Positions 46,943 to 56,414 of a stretch of 64,000 bases of DNA are shown here, one piece after another. The stretch comes from an uncultured bacterium. Lineage in GTDB: Bacteria; Krumholzibacteriota; Krumholzibacteriia; LZORAL124-64-63. The translations under genes were made by a program, and so were the position numbers. The notes under the pieces are model-generated. The model made no database searches and had not been told where the DNA came from. It was given only the letters and a program-made list of their open reading frames with translations. The DNA lies in the NCBI GenBank assembly GCA_963727525.1, contig CAVSGO010000008.1, positions 96,001 through 160,000 of the forward strand, in the 5' to 3' direction. Position 1 is the first letter of the stretch; every line of letters begins with the position of its first letter.

Positions 46943-47942
46943 GTTCCGTGTGATCACTGGTCGCGGCGATCGCTGGCTCGTGCGCGACGGCGGCCGGCTG
47001 TTCGTCGTGCCCGGTGCGCTGGCGCGGGAGCTGCAGGAACCGGGAGGCCGTGCGCGCTGGCGGCAGCTCGCACCGCCGCCCCGCGCCGACGCGCGTAGTC
47101 GTCGCGACGCCCTCTGGTTGCGCGTCTGCCTGCTGCCGGCTCGCTGGGCCGACGCCCTCGCGCGCCTGCTCGCGCCGCTCGCCTGTACGCGGGCCCTCGT
47201 GGTGCTCGTGGTCGTCGGAGTCGGTGGCCTCGTCGGCGCCGCGGTCGCGGGGCGGCCCGCTTCCGGTGCGATCACGGCCGACGAGCGCGTGGCCGGGCTC
47301 GTGCTGTTCATCGTCACCGCCCTCGTCCACGAGCTGGGCCATGCCGCGGCGCTGCGCCACGAGGGCTTGCCGGCTGGACGCGTGGGCGCCGGACTGCTCT
47401 GGATCCTGCCCGTGCTCTACTGCGACGTCACCGCGAGCGGATTGCTCCCTCGTCCGGGACGGGTACGCGTGGATGTGGCCGGCATGGTGTTCCAGGTCGC
47501 CGCCGCCGGTGTGCTGGCGAGCGGCGCGGTGGTCTCGGGGCACGTTGCACCGTGGCTGGGCGCCACGGGCGCCGTGATCGCGGTGATGTGGAGCGCCACG
47601 CCGTTGCTGCGGGCCGACGGCCACTGGTTGCTGCTCGACCTGCTCGGTCTCGACGACCTTGCGGCATCGCCGCCGCGCGGCTGGTGTGTCCGCCACCGCC
47701 GACTCCTCGCCGTACTCGCGATCTGGCGCGTGGCCACGATCCTGGCGCTGACGACCGCGATCGTCTGGCTGCCGTGGCGCGTGTTGCGTCTCGCGGCACG
47801 GCTGGGCGCGCCAGGTTGGTCGGCCGGTATCCGCGTGGTCCTCTGGTCGGGACTCGCGGCGCTGTTCGGGCTCGGAGCCTGGCGCGCCGGCAAGCGTATC
47901 CTCGGGCTCCTGCGAGCCCTGTTCCGCGACGGGCGCTACTAG
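46935..47942 (+). CDS. M50 family membrane metallopeptidase (YydH-like)
   Basis: HELGH in a TM segment, G.GL...PVLYCDV, R..VDVAG..FQ, PLLRADG.W; GTG start overlaps the upstream stop. Confidence 0.85.
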   Translation: MAEFRVITGRGDRWLVRDGGRLFVVPGALARELQEPGGRARWRQLAPPPRADARSRRDALWLRVCLLPARWADALARLLAPLACTRALVVLVVVGVGGLVGAAVAGRPASGAITADERVAGLVLFIVTALVHELGHAAALRHEGLPAGRVGAGLLWILPVLYCDVTASGLLPRPGRVRVDVAGMVFQVAAAGVLASGAVVSGHVAPWLGATGAVIAVMWSATPLLRADGHWLLLDLLGLDDLAASPPRGWCVRHRRLLAVLAIWRVATILALTTAIVWLPWRVLRLAARLGAPGWSAGIRVVLWSGLAALFGLGAWRAGKRILGLLRALFRDGRY

Positions 47943-48007
47943 ACGAGCGTGGCTAGGCAGGCCCGCCATCGTACGCTATCCTGTCATATGAACAGGAGCG
48001 TGGATAC

Positions 48008-48328
48008 GTGGCGCCACGAGACGATCGTGATTTTCCGGGCGACGAGCCCGAGCCCCTGCCCATCGACGGCGTGCTCGACCTGCACGCCTTCGCCCCGCAG
48101 GACACGCGCGACCTCGTGAGCGACTACCTGGAGGAGTGTCGTGCGCGGGGAATCCTGAGCGTACGCATCATCCACGGCAAGGGCATCGGGGTGCAGCGCG
48201 AGATCGTGCAGAACCTGCTGCGGCGCCATGTCGACGTGGTGAGCTTCGGCCATCCCGGTGATGAGGGATCCTGGGGCGCCACCGTGGTGGAACTGCGGCC
48301 GCCGGACGCCGGAGGCGGGCATGGTTAG
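48008..48328 (+). CDS. Smr/MutS2 C-terminal domain protein
   Basis: LDLH, IIHGKG.G, GSWGAT.V. Confidence 0.92.
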   Translation: MAPRDDRDFPGDEPEPLPIDGVLDLHAFAPQDTRDLVSDYLEECRARGILSVRIIHGKGIGVQREIVQNLLRRHVDVVSFGHPGDEGSWGATVVELRPPDAGGGHG

Positions 48329-48668
48329 CAAGCGCGGCCGTCGATCGATACGCTACGACGCGCACGTGGAGCCGCCCCGTGAGCGCACGCACGCGCCCGA
48401 TCGGCCGCCGGAGATCCTGCTGCGACGCGTGTGTTTCGAGGATGCGCTGCAGCGCCTCGAGTTCCAGCTCCGCGCATTTCTGCGTCAGGGCCGGCGCGAG
48501 GTGGTCGTGGTGCACGGCAAGGGACAGAACTCGCCCGGCGGGCAGGGCGTGCTGGGGCCCGCCGTGCGGCAGTGGTGCGACCATCACGGCGAGATCGTGT
48601 CGAGCTGGCACGAGGCTCCGCTGAAGTGGGGCGGCAGCGGCGCGATCGTCGTGCAACTCAACGTGTAG
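48321..48668 (+). CDS. second Smr domain protein
   Basis: VVHGKG..S..G.GVL, GGSGA.VV; GGAGG RBS. Confidence 0.85.
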   Translation: MVSKRGRRSIRYDAHVEPPRERTHAPDRPPEILLRRVCFEDALQRLEFQLRAFLRQGRREVVVVHGKGQNSPGGQGVLGPAVRQWCDHHGEIVSSWHEAPLKWGGSGAIVVQLNV

Positions 48669-48676
48669 GACGGGTC

Positions 48677-49435
48677 ATGACGACATCCTCGACACACCCG
48701 GGCCGCGCGGCCGGCCGGACCGCGCTCGTCACCGGTGCCGCGCGCCGCGTGGGCCGACACCTCGCGCTCGCCCTCGCCCGCGAGGGCGCGCGGGTCGTGG
48801 TGCACTACCGCAGCAGCGAGGACGAGGCGGTGTCGCTCGCCACGGAGATCCGCGATGGTGGCGGCGAGGCGTTTCTCGTGCGCGGCGACCTCGCCGATCC
48901 CGCGCTGGCGGCGGGGCTGGTGGCCCAGGCCGCCGCCGCCGCGGGGCCGCTCGACGTGCTCGTCAACAATGCCTCGATCTTCGCTCCGGGCGATGCGCTC
49001 ACCACCGGCCTCGCGGAGTGGCGGATCAACCTCGCCGTCAATGCCACCGCACCCTTCCTGCTGAGTCAGGCCTTCGCCGGGCAGCTTCCGCACGGTCGCG
49101 ACGGTGTGATCGTGAATCTCAACGACTGGCGCGCCGGCCGGCCCGGTCCCGACCACTTCGCGTACACGATCAGCAAGGTGGCGCTGCACGGGCTCACGCA
49201 GAGTCTCGCGCAGGCCCTCGGCCCGCACGGCGTGCGCGTGTGCGAGCTGGCGCTGGGCGCGGTGCTGCCGCCCGAGGGAAGCGAGGAGGGCTACCTGCAC
49301 ACGCTGCGCGAGGAGATTCCCACGCGGCGATTCCCGCCGCTCGACGATGTGGCCGCGGCGTTGCTGAGCGTGCTCGCGAACCGCTCGCTCAACGGACTCA
49401 CGATTCCCGTCGATGGCGGCCGACACCTCGTCTGA
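48677..49435 (+). CDS. SDR oxidoreductase, pteridine reductase/FolM-like
   Basis: TGAARRVG, HY..S, NNASIF, YTISK; next to folB and folK. Confidence 0.88.
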   Translation: MTTSSTHPGRAAGRTALVTGAARRVGRHLALALAREGARVVVHYRSSEDEAVSLATEIRDGGGEAFLVRGDLADPALAAGLVAQAAAAAGPLDVLVNNASIFAPGDALTTGLAEWRINLAVNATAPFLLSQAFAGQLPHGRDGVIVNLNDWRAGRPGPDHFAYTISKVALHGLTQSLAQALGPHGVRVCELALGAVLPPEGSEEGYLHTLREEIPTRRFPPLDDVAAALLSVLANRSLNGLTIPVDGGRHLV

Positions 49436-49453
49436 TCGCCGAAAGGACGCGTC

Positions 49454-49843
49454 ATGACCCCGCGCGACCTCCCCGACCTCGACCGCATCGAGATCAAGGA
49501 CCTGCTGCTGCGTGGCATCGTCGGCATCAATCCCGAGGAGCGCGAGAAGAAGCAGGACATCCTCGTGAATCTCGTGCTGCATGTCGATACGCGTGCGGCC
49601 GGCGTCAGCGACGCCCTCCATGACGCCGTGAACTACCGCTCGGTGACGAAGGCCGTCATCGCGCTCGTGGAGAGCAGCAGCTACTACACCGTCGAGAAGC
49701 TGGCCGCCGACATCGCGCGCCTCGCGCTGGGTGAGCACGGAGTGCCCGCGGTGACGGTGACGGTGGAGAAGCCCGGCGCGCTGCGCTTCGCGCGCTCGGT
49801 GGGCGTGACGATCACCCGCCATCGAGACGATCGCGATCGATGA
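49454..49843 (+). CDS. folB: dihydroneopterin aldolase
   Basis: G....ER...Q, AVNY, VEK, VEKPGA. Confidence 0.92.
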   Translation: MTPRDLPDLDRIEIKDLLLRGIVGINPEEREKKQDILVNLVLHVDTRAAGVSDALHDAVNYRSVTKAVIALVESSSYYTVEKLAADIARLALGEHGVPAVTVTVEKPGALRFARSVGVTITRHRDDRDR

Positions 49844-50346
49844 CGCACCGCGCCTACCTGCTGCTGGGCTCGAACATCGCACCGCGGCGCCACATCGCCG
49901 CCGCGCTGGCGGCTCTGCGCGCGCACGGACTCGTGAAGGTATCGCCCGTGTACGAGACCGCGCCCGAGGGGACCACGCGCGGCGGGCCATTCCTCAACGC
50001 GGCCGTGGCTCTCGACACCACGCTCGACCCGTCGGCACTGAAGCGCGACGTGTGCGCCGTCATCGAGCGGCGGCTCGGTCGCGAACGCGACCCGCACGAC
50101 CGCAACGCTCCCCGCACCATCGACCTCGACCTCGTGCTGTGGGACACCGCCGCCATCCTCGTGGACGGTGCGCCGGTGCCCGATCCCGACATCCTGACCC
50201 GCCTCCACGTGGCGCGGCCCCTCGCTGAACTGGCGCCCGATCTGGTGCATCCGACCGACGGCCGCACGCTCCTGGCCATCGCCGCCGACCTCGACCGTGC
50301 GACGCCGCCGGAGCGCCGTCCCCGGCTTGTGTCCGACGAAGGTTGA
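49840..50346 (+). CDS. folK: 2-amino-4-hydroxy-6-hydroxymethyldihydropteridine diphosphokinase
   Basis: LGSN, SPVYET.P, FLN, E..LGR.R, PRTIDLD. Confidence 0.95.
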   Translation: MTHRAYLLLGSNIAPRRHIAAALAALRAHGLVKVSPVYETAPEGTTRGGPFLNAAVALDTTLDPSALKRDVCAVIERRLGRERDPHDRNAPRTIDLDLVLWDTAAILVDGAPVPDPDILTRLHVARPLAELAPDLVHPTDGRTLLAIAADLDRATPPERRPRLVSDEG

Positions 50347-50390
50347 GCCGGAGCGGCCCGCGCATTACTGTCGCGTGGAGGAGGTCCGCA

Positions 50391-50789
50391 ATGGCCGAGC
50401 TACGCAAGCGTCTCATCGTGGTGGGCGACCGCATCCTCGTGCGGCCCGAGTCGGGCGAGGAACGCACCGGCGCCGGACTCTATCTGCCCCAGACGGCCGT
50501 GAGCGCTCGCCAGGCCCAGGGGGGCTGGGTCGCGGAGGTGGGCCCGGGCGTGCCGATCCCGCAGCCGGCCGATCCCGACGCCGACCTCTTCGGTCGCGAG
50601 TCGCAACCGCACTACATGCCGTTGCAGGCTCAGGAGGGCGACTACGTCCTGTTCCTGAAGAAAGCCGCCGTGGAGATCACCTTCGAGAAGCAGGCCTATC
50701 TCATCGTTCCCAATGCCGCGATCCTCGTACTCGTGCGGCAGGAGCTGGACACGAGTGGGTCCGGGCTGGGTGACGATCCCGGGCCGTAG
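50391..50789 (+). CDS. groES: GroES/Cpn10 family co-chaperonin (stand-alone)
   Basis: GDRILVRP...RT..GLYLP, G.V..VGPG, GD.VLF. Confidence 0.8.
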   Translation: MAELRKRLIVVGDRILVRPESGEERTGAGLYLPQTAVSARQAQGGWVAEVGPGVPIPQPADPDADLFGRESQPHYMPLQAQEGDYVLFLKKAAVEITFEKQAYLIVPNAAILVLVRQELDTSGSGLGDDPGP

Positions 50790-50899
50790 TCCTCGCCTCG
50801 CCGCTCGGCGGTTTTATTGCGCCGTTGGAGGCATTTTGTGGTAATGTCCCGGGGTCCGTGACGTACCATGTCTCATACACCTCGGGGGAGGTCTATGCT

Positions 50900-51529
50900 A
50901 TGAAATCCATATTTCTATGCCTGATGGTCGTGAGCCTGCTCGCCTGTGGTGGCGCGTTCGCCGTCACCGACCAGGGTGCCAACAGCCTCGGCGTCTACTT
51001 GGCTCCCGACTGCGAGACCAACTGTGGCGACGTCGTGTCCGGCGTGCCGTTCTCGCTCTACTTCATGCTCGCCAATCCTACCCAGGACTCGATGGCGGGG
51101 TTCGAGTTCAGCTATTATTACGATCCCGAGCCTGCTTCGCCGCCCTTCGTCCTGGACGCGGAGCTGCCGCCCAACGCACTCAACATCGGGGACAACAGTA
51201 ATTTCATCGTCGGGCTGGGCACGCCGCTCGTACTGGACGGGGATTGCAATCTCCTCGTGACGCTCACCGTGCTGGCGACCGTTGTCCCCGAGGATGGGAC
51301 CTGCATCATGGTCGGCCCCGCGAGCCCGTCATCGATCTCCGGGGCGCCGGTCTACGACGACGGCCAGGATTTCAGCATCCTCGTGCCGATGACGTTTTCC
51401 ACGTACGATCCCGACAACGGGTGGGACACCGATCCCGACGGTTTCATCTGCGCGGCCACGTTCGGGTGTCCGGGGCCGGTGGCCACTGAACCACAGACCT
51501 TCGGCAACGTGAAGTCGCTCTTCAAATAG
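50900..51529 (+). CDS. secreted acidic hypothetical protein, TFGNVKSLFK tail
   Basis: GGAGG RBS; signal peptide; WGxxK-type tail. Confidence 0.85.
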   Translation: MKSIFLCLMVVSLLACGGAFAVTDQGANSLGVYLAPDCETNCGDVVSGVPFSLYFMLANPTQDSMAGFEFSYYYDPEPASPPFVLDAELPPNALNIGDNSNFIVGLGTPLVLDGDCNLLVTLTVLATVVPEDGTCIMVGPASPSSISGAPVYDDGQDFSILVPMTFSTYDPDNGWDTDPDGFICAATFGCPGPVATEPQTFGNVKSLFK

Positions 51530-51693
51530 ATCGCGGCGCCAGCGATATGGCACGCACCTCAATCGGGAGGCCTCGCCGGGTCTCCCAATTGCATTGGCGA
51601 ACCCTTTATCCATCGCGGCGTGGCGGTTGTATTCGATCCGGACATCGTATAGTCTGGATAGGAGTTGTCCATTCCAGTGCAAGCGGGGATGAG

Positions 51694-54600
51694 ATGCCAC
51701 GATCGATCACGTATTCGCTGATCGCCGTCGCTGTCTTGCTCGCCAGTACCGTGCGGGCGGAACCCGAGCTGGGTGCTCGCGCGCGCGATGTGGCCGCGAG
51801 TCTCTCCCCTACCGTACCGTCCGGATTCTACGTGGAGGACGTGGCGCCGGGAGCCACTTTCGCCTTGCCGACGGCCATCGCGTTCACTCCGGACGGGCGG
51901 ATCCTCGTGGCCGAGAAGGCCGGACGCGTGTTCGTGATCGAGAACGGCGAGAAGCTGTCGACGCCGTTCATCGATCTGTCCGACGAGGTGCTCAACCACT
52001 GGGATCGCGGATTGCTCGGCCTCGCCGTCGATCCGGACTTCGCCAGCAACGGCTACGTGTACATGCTCTACACCGTCGACTGGGACGGATCGGGCGACTA
52101 CGAGCGCACCGACGTCTTCGGTCGGCTCGTACGCTACACCGCCGGCGACGCCGATCCCGACGTGGCCGACCCTGCCTCGCGCCTCGTGCTCATCGGTCCC
52201 GAGTTCAGCCAGGGCATACCGGCCTGCTATTACTCGCATGCGCCTGGCTCACTACGCTTCGGCAGCGACGGCACGCTCCTCGTCGGTACCGGCGACTCCG
52301 CCAACTTCGACGTGGCCGACGGCGGTGGGCTCTACCCCGACTGTTTCGGTGACGGACGGATCAGCGAGGACCAGGACATCGGTGCGTTCCGCGCGCAGTA
52401 TCTCGGTAGCCTCGGTGGCAAGATCCTGCGGATCGATCCGGCCACCGGGCAGGGGCTCCCCTCGAACCCGTACTTCGACGGCGATCCCGACGCGATCCAG
52501 TCGAAGGTGTGGCTGCGCGGCCTGCGCAATCCATTCCGCTTCGGGATCCGGCCCGGAGGCAGCACCGATCCTGTCGACGGCGAACCCGGCGAGATCTTCA
52601 TCGGTGACGTGGGCTGGGGAACGTGGGAGGAGCTCGATGTCGCCGCGACCGGCGGTCTGAACTACGGCTGGCCGTGTTACGAGGGTACCCACAACAACTC
52701 GCCCTACCAGGCGCTCGATCCGCCTCACGGCGGCTGCAACGGCATCGGCGAGGTGACGTGGCCTCAGTATTACTTCCACCACTGGTTGCCGGACGCTTCC
52801 CATCCGCAAGGCCTCGCAGGCAACACCATCGTCGGTGGTGAGTTGTACGAAGGCACGCGGTATCCCGTGACCTATCGTGGCCGCGTCTTCTACGGAGACT
52901 ATTCGGCGCAGTGGCTGGCGACGGCGGCGGTGGATTCGAACGGAAACCTGGCGGACCAGCAGGTGTTTTCGCTCAATCTCGGCGCGGCCGTCGATATCCG
53001 TTACGATCCGTTGACGGAGTTCATGTACTATGCGGACATCGAGCTGGGTCGGATCCGACGGATCCGCAATGTGGACGAGGACGCGCCGCCCGTGGTCGCG
53101 GTGTCGGCCGTGCCCACCGAGGGGTACGCGCCACTCGGCGTGCAGTTCAGCGGCAGCGCCTCGTATGATCCGCTCGAAGGCCCTCTGCTCTTCAGCTGGG
53201 ACCTCGGCAACGGAGAGACATCGACGGAAGCCGATCCGTACACGGTCTACACGGAGAATGACATCCGTACCGCGATGCTGACCGTGACGAACGAGCACTC
53301 GCGAACCGCCTCCCAGTCGGTCACCATCCATGTCGGAGATACCTCGCCGGTCGCGACGATCGTGGCGCCGGCGGATGGACGCGGCGTGGTGGTCGGCGAC
53401 CAGGTTGTCCTGCTCGGTTCCGGGACCGATGCCGAGCAGTCGCCGTCGGAGCTGACGTACCACTGGGATGTCGTGCAGCGCCACAATGACCACCAGCACC
53501 CGCCGCTGTTCGAGGCGGACGGTCCGGTCGCCCTCTTCACCGTGCCTGCGCACGGGCTCCTGTCCGAGGTGACCTTTCTGACCGTCCATCTCACCGTGAG
53601 CGATCCCGAAGGGCTGCAGGACGTGGCCGCCAGCAACCTGTGGATCGAGAGGCCCGCGGAGGCCGACATCACCGGGAACGGAACACCGATCGCCCTCGTC
53701 ACCGCGCCGGTCGGCGTGGGCAACCCCGATATCGAGGTCATTCGTGACGGCGTACAGCCTCCGGCCGGAAGCACCGATCCCTCGCAACAGTACGACACGG
53801 ATTCCGGCCAGCCGAAATCTCTCGACTGGATCGGCTACGCCTTCGACGAGAACCATTATTTCGCACGCCTCCTTTTCCAGGAGGGCATGCACTTCCCGGG
53901 CGGCGGCTGGTTCGATTCCCTCGCGGTGCAGGTGCGGACCGACGGCACCTGGCATCCCGTGTCGTACCTGCACGCGCTGCCGGAATACCGGGCCGCGGCC
54001 GACAGCAACTACAACACGCACGTGATGCTCTTCGGCGGCGTGCTCGGCGACGCGATCCGCCTGAGCGGCGATCCCGGCGGCACCGGCGATTTCATCTCCG
54101 TGGGCGAGCTGCGGGTTTACGAGGTGCCATACGCCGAGTTCACGGCGACGCCGCGCGCGGGCGAGAGCCCGCTGGCCGTGGACTTCACGGATCTGACGGA
54201 CGTCGACGGCGCGTCCACGGTGCTGTGGGACTTCGGCGATGGCAGCCAGAGCACGGAACGCGACCCGCGCCACGTCTACACGCAACCTGGTATCTACGAT
54301 GTCTCGCTGCTCGTGGACAGCACCGCCGGACTGTTGCAGACGCAGAAGCCGGCGTACGTGCTTGTCGACGTGGTCGCGTACGGCTTCGCCGATTTCAACG
54401 ATGCCGACGTTCTCACCTTGAACGGTGCCGCGGCAGTCGTCGACTCCGTGTTGCGCCTGACTCCCGATGCGATGGACATGGGCAGCTCGGCCTATCTCAC
54501 GCAACCCGTGCCGATCGACTCGCTCACCGAGCTGCATACCCATTTCCAGTTCCGGATCCACGGCGCGCAGCCCATCGGTGCCGACGGCATGGTGTTTGCC

Positions 54601-56277
54601 ATCCAGGCGGCCGGTCCCGATGCACTCGGTGACCAGGGTGGAGGACTCGGCTACAGCGGTGTGACGCCGAGTGTCGCCGTCGAGCTGGATATCTACCCGA
54701 ATGCGGGCGATCCCAACGCCAACCACGTGGGGTTCGATATCGACGGCGTGGTGCAACCCAGCGTTGCCACGACCAACCCCGATTTCGCGCTCGATGATGG
54801 GCAGTCGCATGGTGTCTGGGTGGACTACGATGCCAGCACGCGCGACTTTGTCATCTCCGTCGGCGCCGATCCCGTGACCAAGCCGGCCGATCCCGTTTTG
54901 GTGATTCCTGGGATCGACCTCGCCGAGAAGCTGGGATCGCTGGCGTACTTCGGCTTCGGCGCCGGCACCGGCGGTTACAGTCGAGCCCATGACGTGGAGA
55001 ACTGGAACCTGGAGGTGCTGACGAGCGGAGCCGGCGCGCCATCTGCCGGCGATCCCGGGATCACCGCGTTCTCCCCCGCAACCGGTCTCGCCGGCACCAG
55101 CGTTTTGCTCACGGGGGCGGCCCTGGACAGCGCCGCCGCTGTCACGTTCGGTGGCGACGTGGCTGCGTACTTCACCGTCGTCTCCAGCAGCCAGCTCCTG
55201 GCTGATGTCCCGCTGGGCGCCGTGTCCGGCCCCATCGTCGTCCACACGCCACAGGGCGACGCGGCCAGTGCCACCGATTTCATCGTCACGGATACCCAGC
55301 GGTTCGCGCTGGTGTATCCCGACTTCGCGCAGGCATCGAACCTCCAGGTCAACGACGCCGCAGCGATCGCGGCGCCGGTCCTGCGTCTGACGGACGACGT
55401 GCCGGCGCAGGTGGGGTCGGCGTTCTACGCCCCCGGCCTCCCGACACCGCCGGGCACGTCGTTTTCCACTGCCATCCGGTTCCGGATCCAGGGGGCGGCT
55501 CCGGAGGGGGCGGAGGGGTTCGCCTTCGTGGTCCAGGGATCGGGTCCGACGGCCGAGGGCGCCGGAGGCGGGGGCCTCGGCTACAGCGGGCTGAGCGCCT
55601 CGGTGGCCGTGGAGATCGATCTCGTGGCGCAGCCGGGCGAACCGGCGGCGCCGCATGTGGCGTTGCACGTCGGGGGCGACCCGCTGACACCCCTGGCCGC
55701 GGCGCCTCTCGCGTTCATGCCCGACGACGGCGCGGCGCACGGCCTGTGGATCGAGGCCGATCCGGTGACGCAGAACGTCGCCGTGTATGTGAGCGAGGAC
55801 CCGCAGACCAGACCATCGCAACCGACCCTGATGGCGTCGGTGGGCGGCCTCTTCAATATCATCGGCGCGACCGCGTGGTTCGGGTTCACCGGAGCCACCG
55901 GCGAGGATGCGAGCCGCATCCAGGACATCGAAGCCTGGACCCTCGGCGTGCACGCGCCCCAGGATGCCACGCCGGTGCCGGCCGACGACGCCGTGCCGCG
56001 CGCCTTCGCGCTCACCCGGGTGTACCCCAACCCCTTCAACCCGCAGGTGACCATCGAGTACGCCGTACCCCACCGCGCGACGGCGCGGCTGCGCATCTAC
56101 GGCGTCGACGGCCGCCGCATCCGCACCCTCGTCGACGGCCCCGTCACTGCCGGCCTGCACACCGCCCCCTGGAACGGCACCGACGACGCCGGCCGCGGCG
56201 TGAGCGCGGGCGTGTATCTCGTGCGCTTCGAGGCGGAGGGGACGGTGCGGGCGCGGAAGATCGTGTTGTTGAAATGA
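51694..56277 (+). CDS. secreted PQQ-dependent sugar dehydrogenase-like (GSDH) protein with PKD domains, 2 L-type lectin domains, IPT/TIG and FlgD-Ig C-terminus
   Basis: RGLLGLAVDP.F, GKILRI, GLRNPFR, DVGW..WEE, NYGWP; WD[LF]G[ND]G (PKD); ADG..F...SVAVE.D (lectin) x2; PNPFNP. Confidence 0.9.
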   Translation: MPRSITYSLIAVAVLLASTVRAEPELGARARDVAASLSPTVPSGFYVEDVAPGATFALPTAIAFTPDGRILVAEKAGRVFVIENGEKLSTPFIDLSDEVLNHWDRGLLGLAVDPDFASNGYVYMLYTVDWDGSGDYERTDVFGRLVRYTAGDADPDVADPASRLVLIGPEFSQGIPACYYSHAPGSLRFGSDGTLLVGTGDSANFDVADGGGLYPDCFGDGRISEDQDIGAFRAQYLGSLGGKILRIDPATGQGLPSNPYFDGDPDAIQSKVWLRGLRNPFRFGIRPGGSTDPVDGEPGEIFIGDVGWGTWEELDVAATGGLNYGWPCYEGTHNNSPYQALDPPHGGCNGIGEVTWPQYYFHHWLPDASHPQGLAGNTIVGGELYEGTRYPVTYRGRVFYGDYSAQWLATAAVDSNGNLADQQVFSLNLGAAVDIRYDPLTEFMYYADIELGRIRRIRNVDEDAPPVVAVSAVPTEGYAPLGVQFSGSASYDPLEGPLLFSWDLGNGETSTEADPYTVYTENDIRTAMLTVTNEHSRTASQSVTIHVGDTSPVATIVAPADGRGVVVGDQVVLLGSGTDAEQSPSELTYHWDVVQRHNDHQHPPLFEADGPVALFTVPAHGLLSEVTFLTVHLTVSDPEGLQDVAASNLWIERPAEADITGNGTPIALVTAPVGVGNPDIEVIRDGVQPPAGSTDPSQQYDTDSGQPKSLDWIGYAFDENHYFARLLFQEGMHFPGGGWFDSLAVQVRTDGTWHPVSYLHALPEYRAAADSNYNTHVMLFGGVLGDAIRLSGDPGGTGDFISVGELRVYEVPYAEFTATPRAGESPLAVDFTDLTDVDGASTVLWDFGDGSQSTERDPRHVYTQPGIYDVSLLVDSTAGLLQTQKPAYVLVDVVAYGFADFNDADVLTLNGAAAVVDSVLRLTPDAMDMGSSAYLTQPVPIDSLTELHTHFQFRIHGAQPIGADGMVFAIQAAGPDALGDQGGGLGYSGVTPSVAVELDIYPNAGDPNANHVGFDIDGVVQPSVATTNPDFALDDGQSHGVWVDYDASTRDFVISVGADPVTKPADPVLVIPGIDLAEKLGSLAYFGFGAGTGGYSRAHDVENWNLEVLTSGAGAPSAGDPGITAFSPATGLAGTSVLLTGAALDSAAAVTFGGDVAAYFTVVSSSQLLADVPLGAVSGPIVVHTPQGDAASATDFIVTDTQRFALVYPDFAQASNLQVNDAAAIAAPVLRLTDDVPAQVGSAFYAPGLPTPPGTSFSTAIRFRIQGAAPEGAEGFAFVVQGSGPTAEGAGGGGLGYSGLSASVAVEIDLVAQPGEPAAPHVALHVGGDPLTPLAAAPLAFMPDDGAAHGLWIEADPVTQNVAVYVSEDPQTRPSQPTLMASVGGLFNIIGATAWFGFTGATGEDASRIQDIEAWTLGVHAPQDATPVPADDAVPRAFALTRVYPNPFNPQVTIEYAVPHRATARLRIYGVDGRRIRTLVDGPVTAGLHTAPWNGTDDAGRGVSAGVYLVRFEAEGTVRARKIVLLK

Positions 56278-56359
56278 GGCGGCAGGGCCGTCCGATGGGG
56301 CCGGTCTTCCCGGCCGAGGTTCGACAGGATGGCGAAGACTTTCGAGCCCAGGCACAAGA

Positions 56360-56388
56360 AGCCCGGCTACCACGCGGGTAGCCGGGCT
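56360..56388 (-). terminator. putative intrinsic terminator between convergent genes
   Basis: 12-bp stem AGCCCGGCTACC/GGTAGCCGGGCT followed by TCTTGT on the minus strand. Confidence 0.6.
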
Positions 56389-56414
56389 CATGGGTGCGGT
56401 TCCTCGATGGTGTC

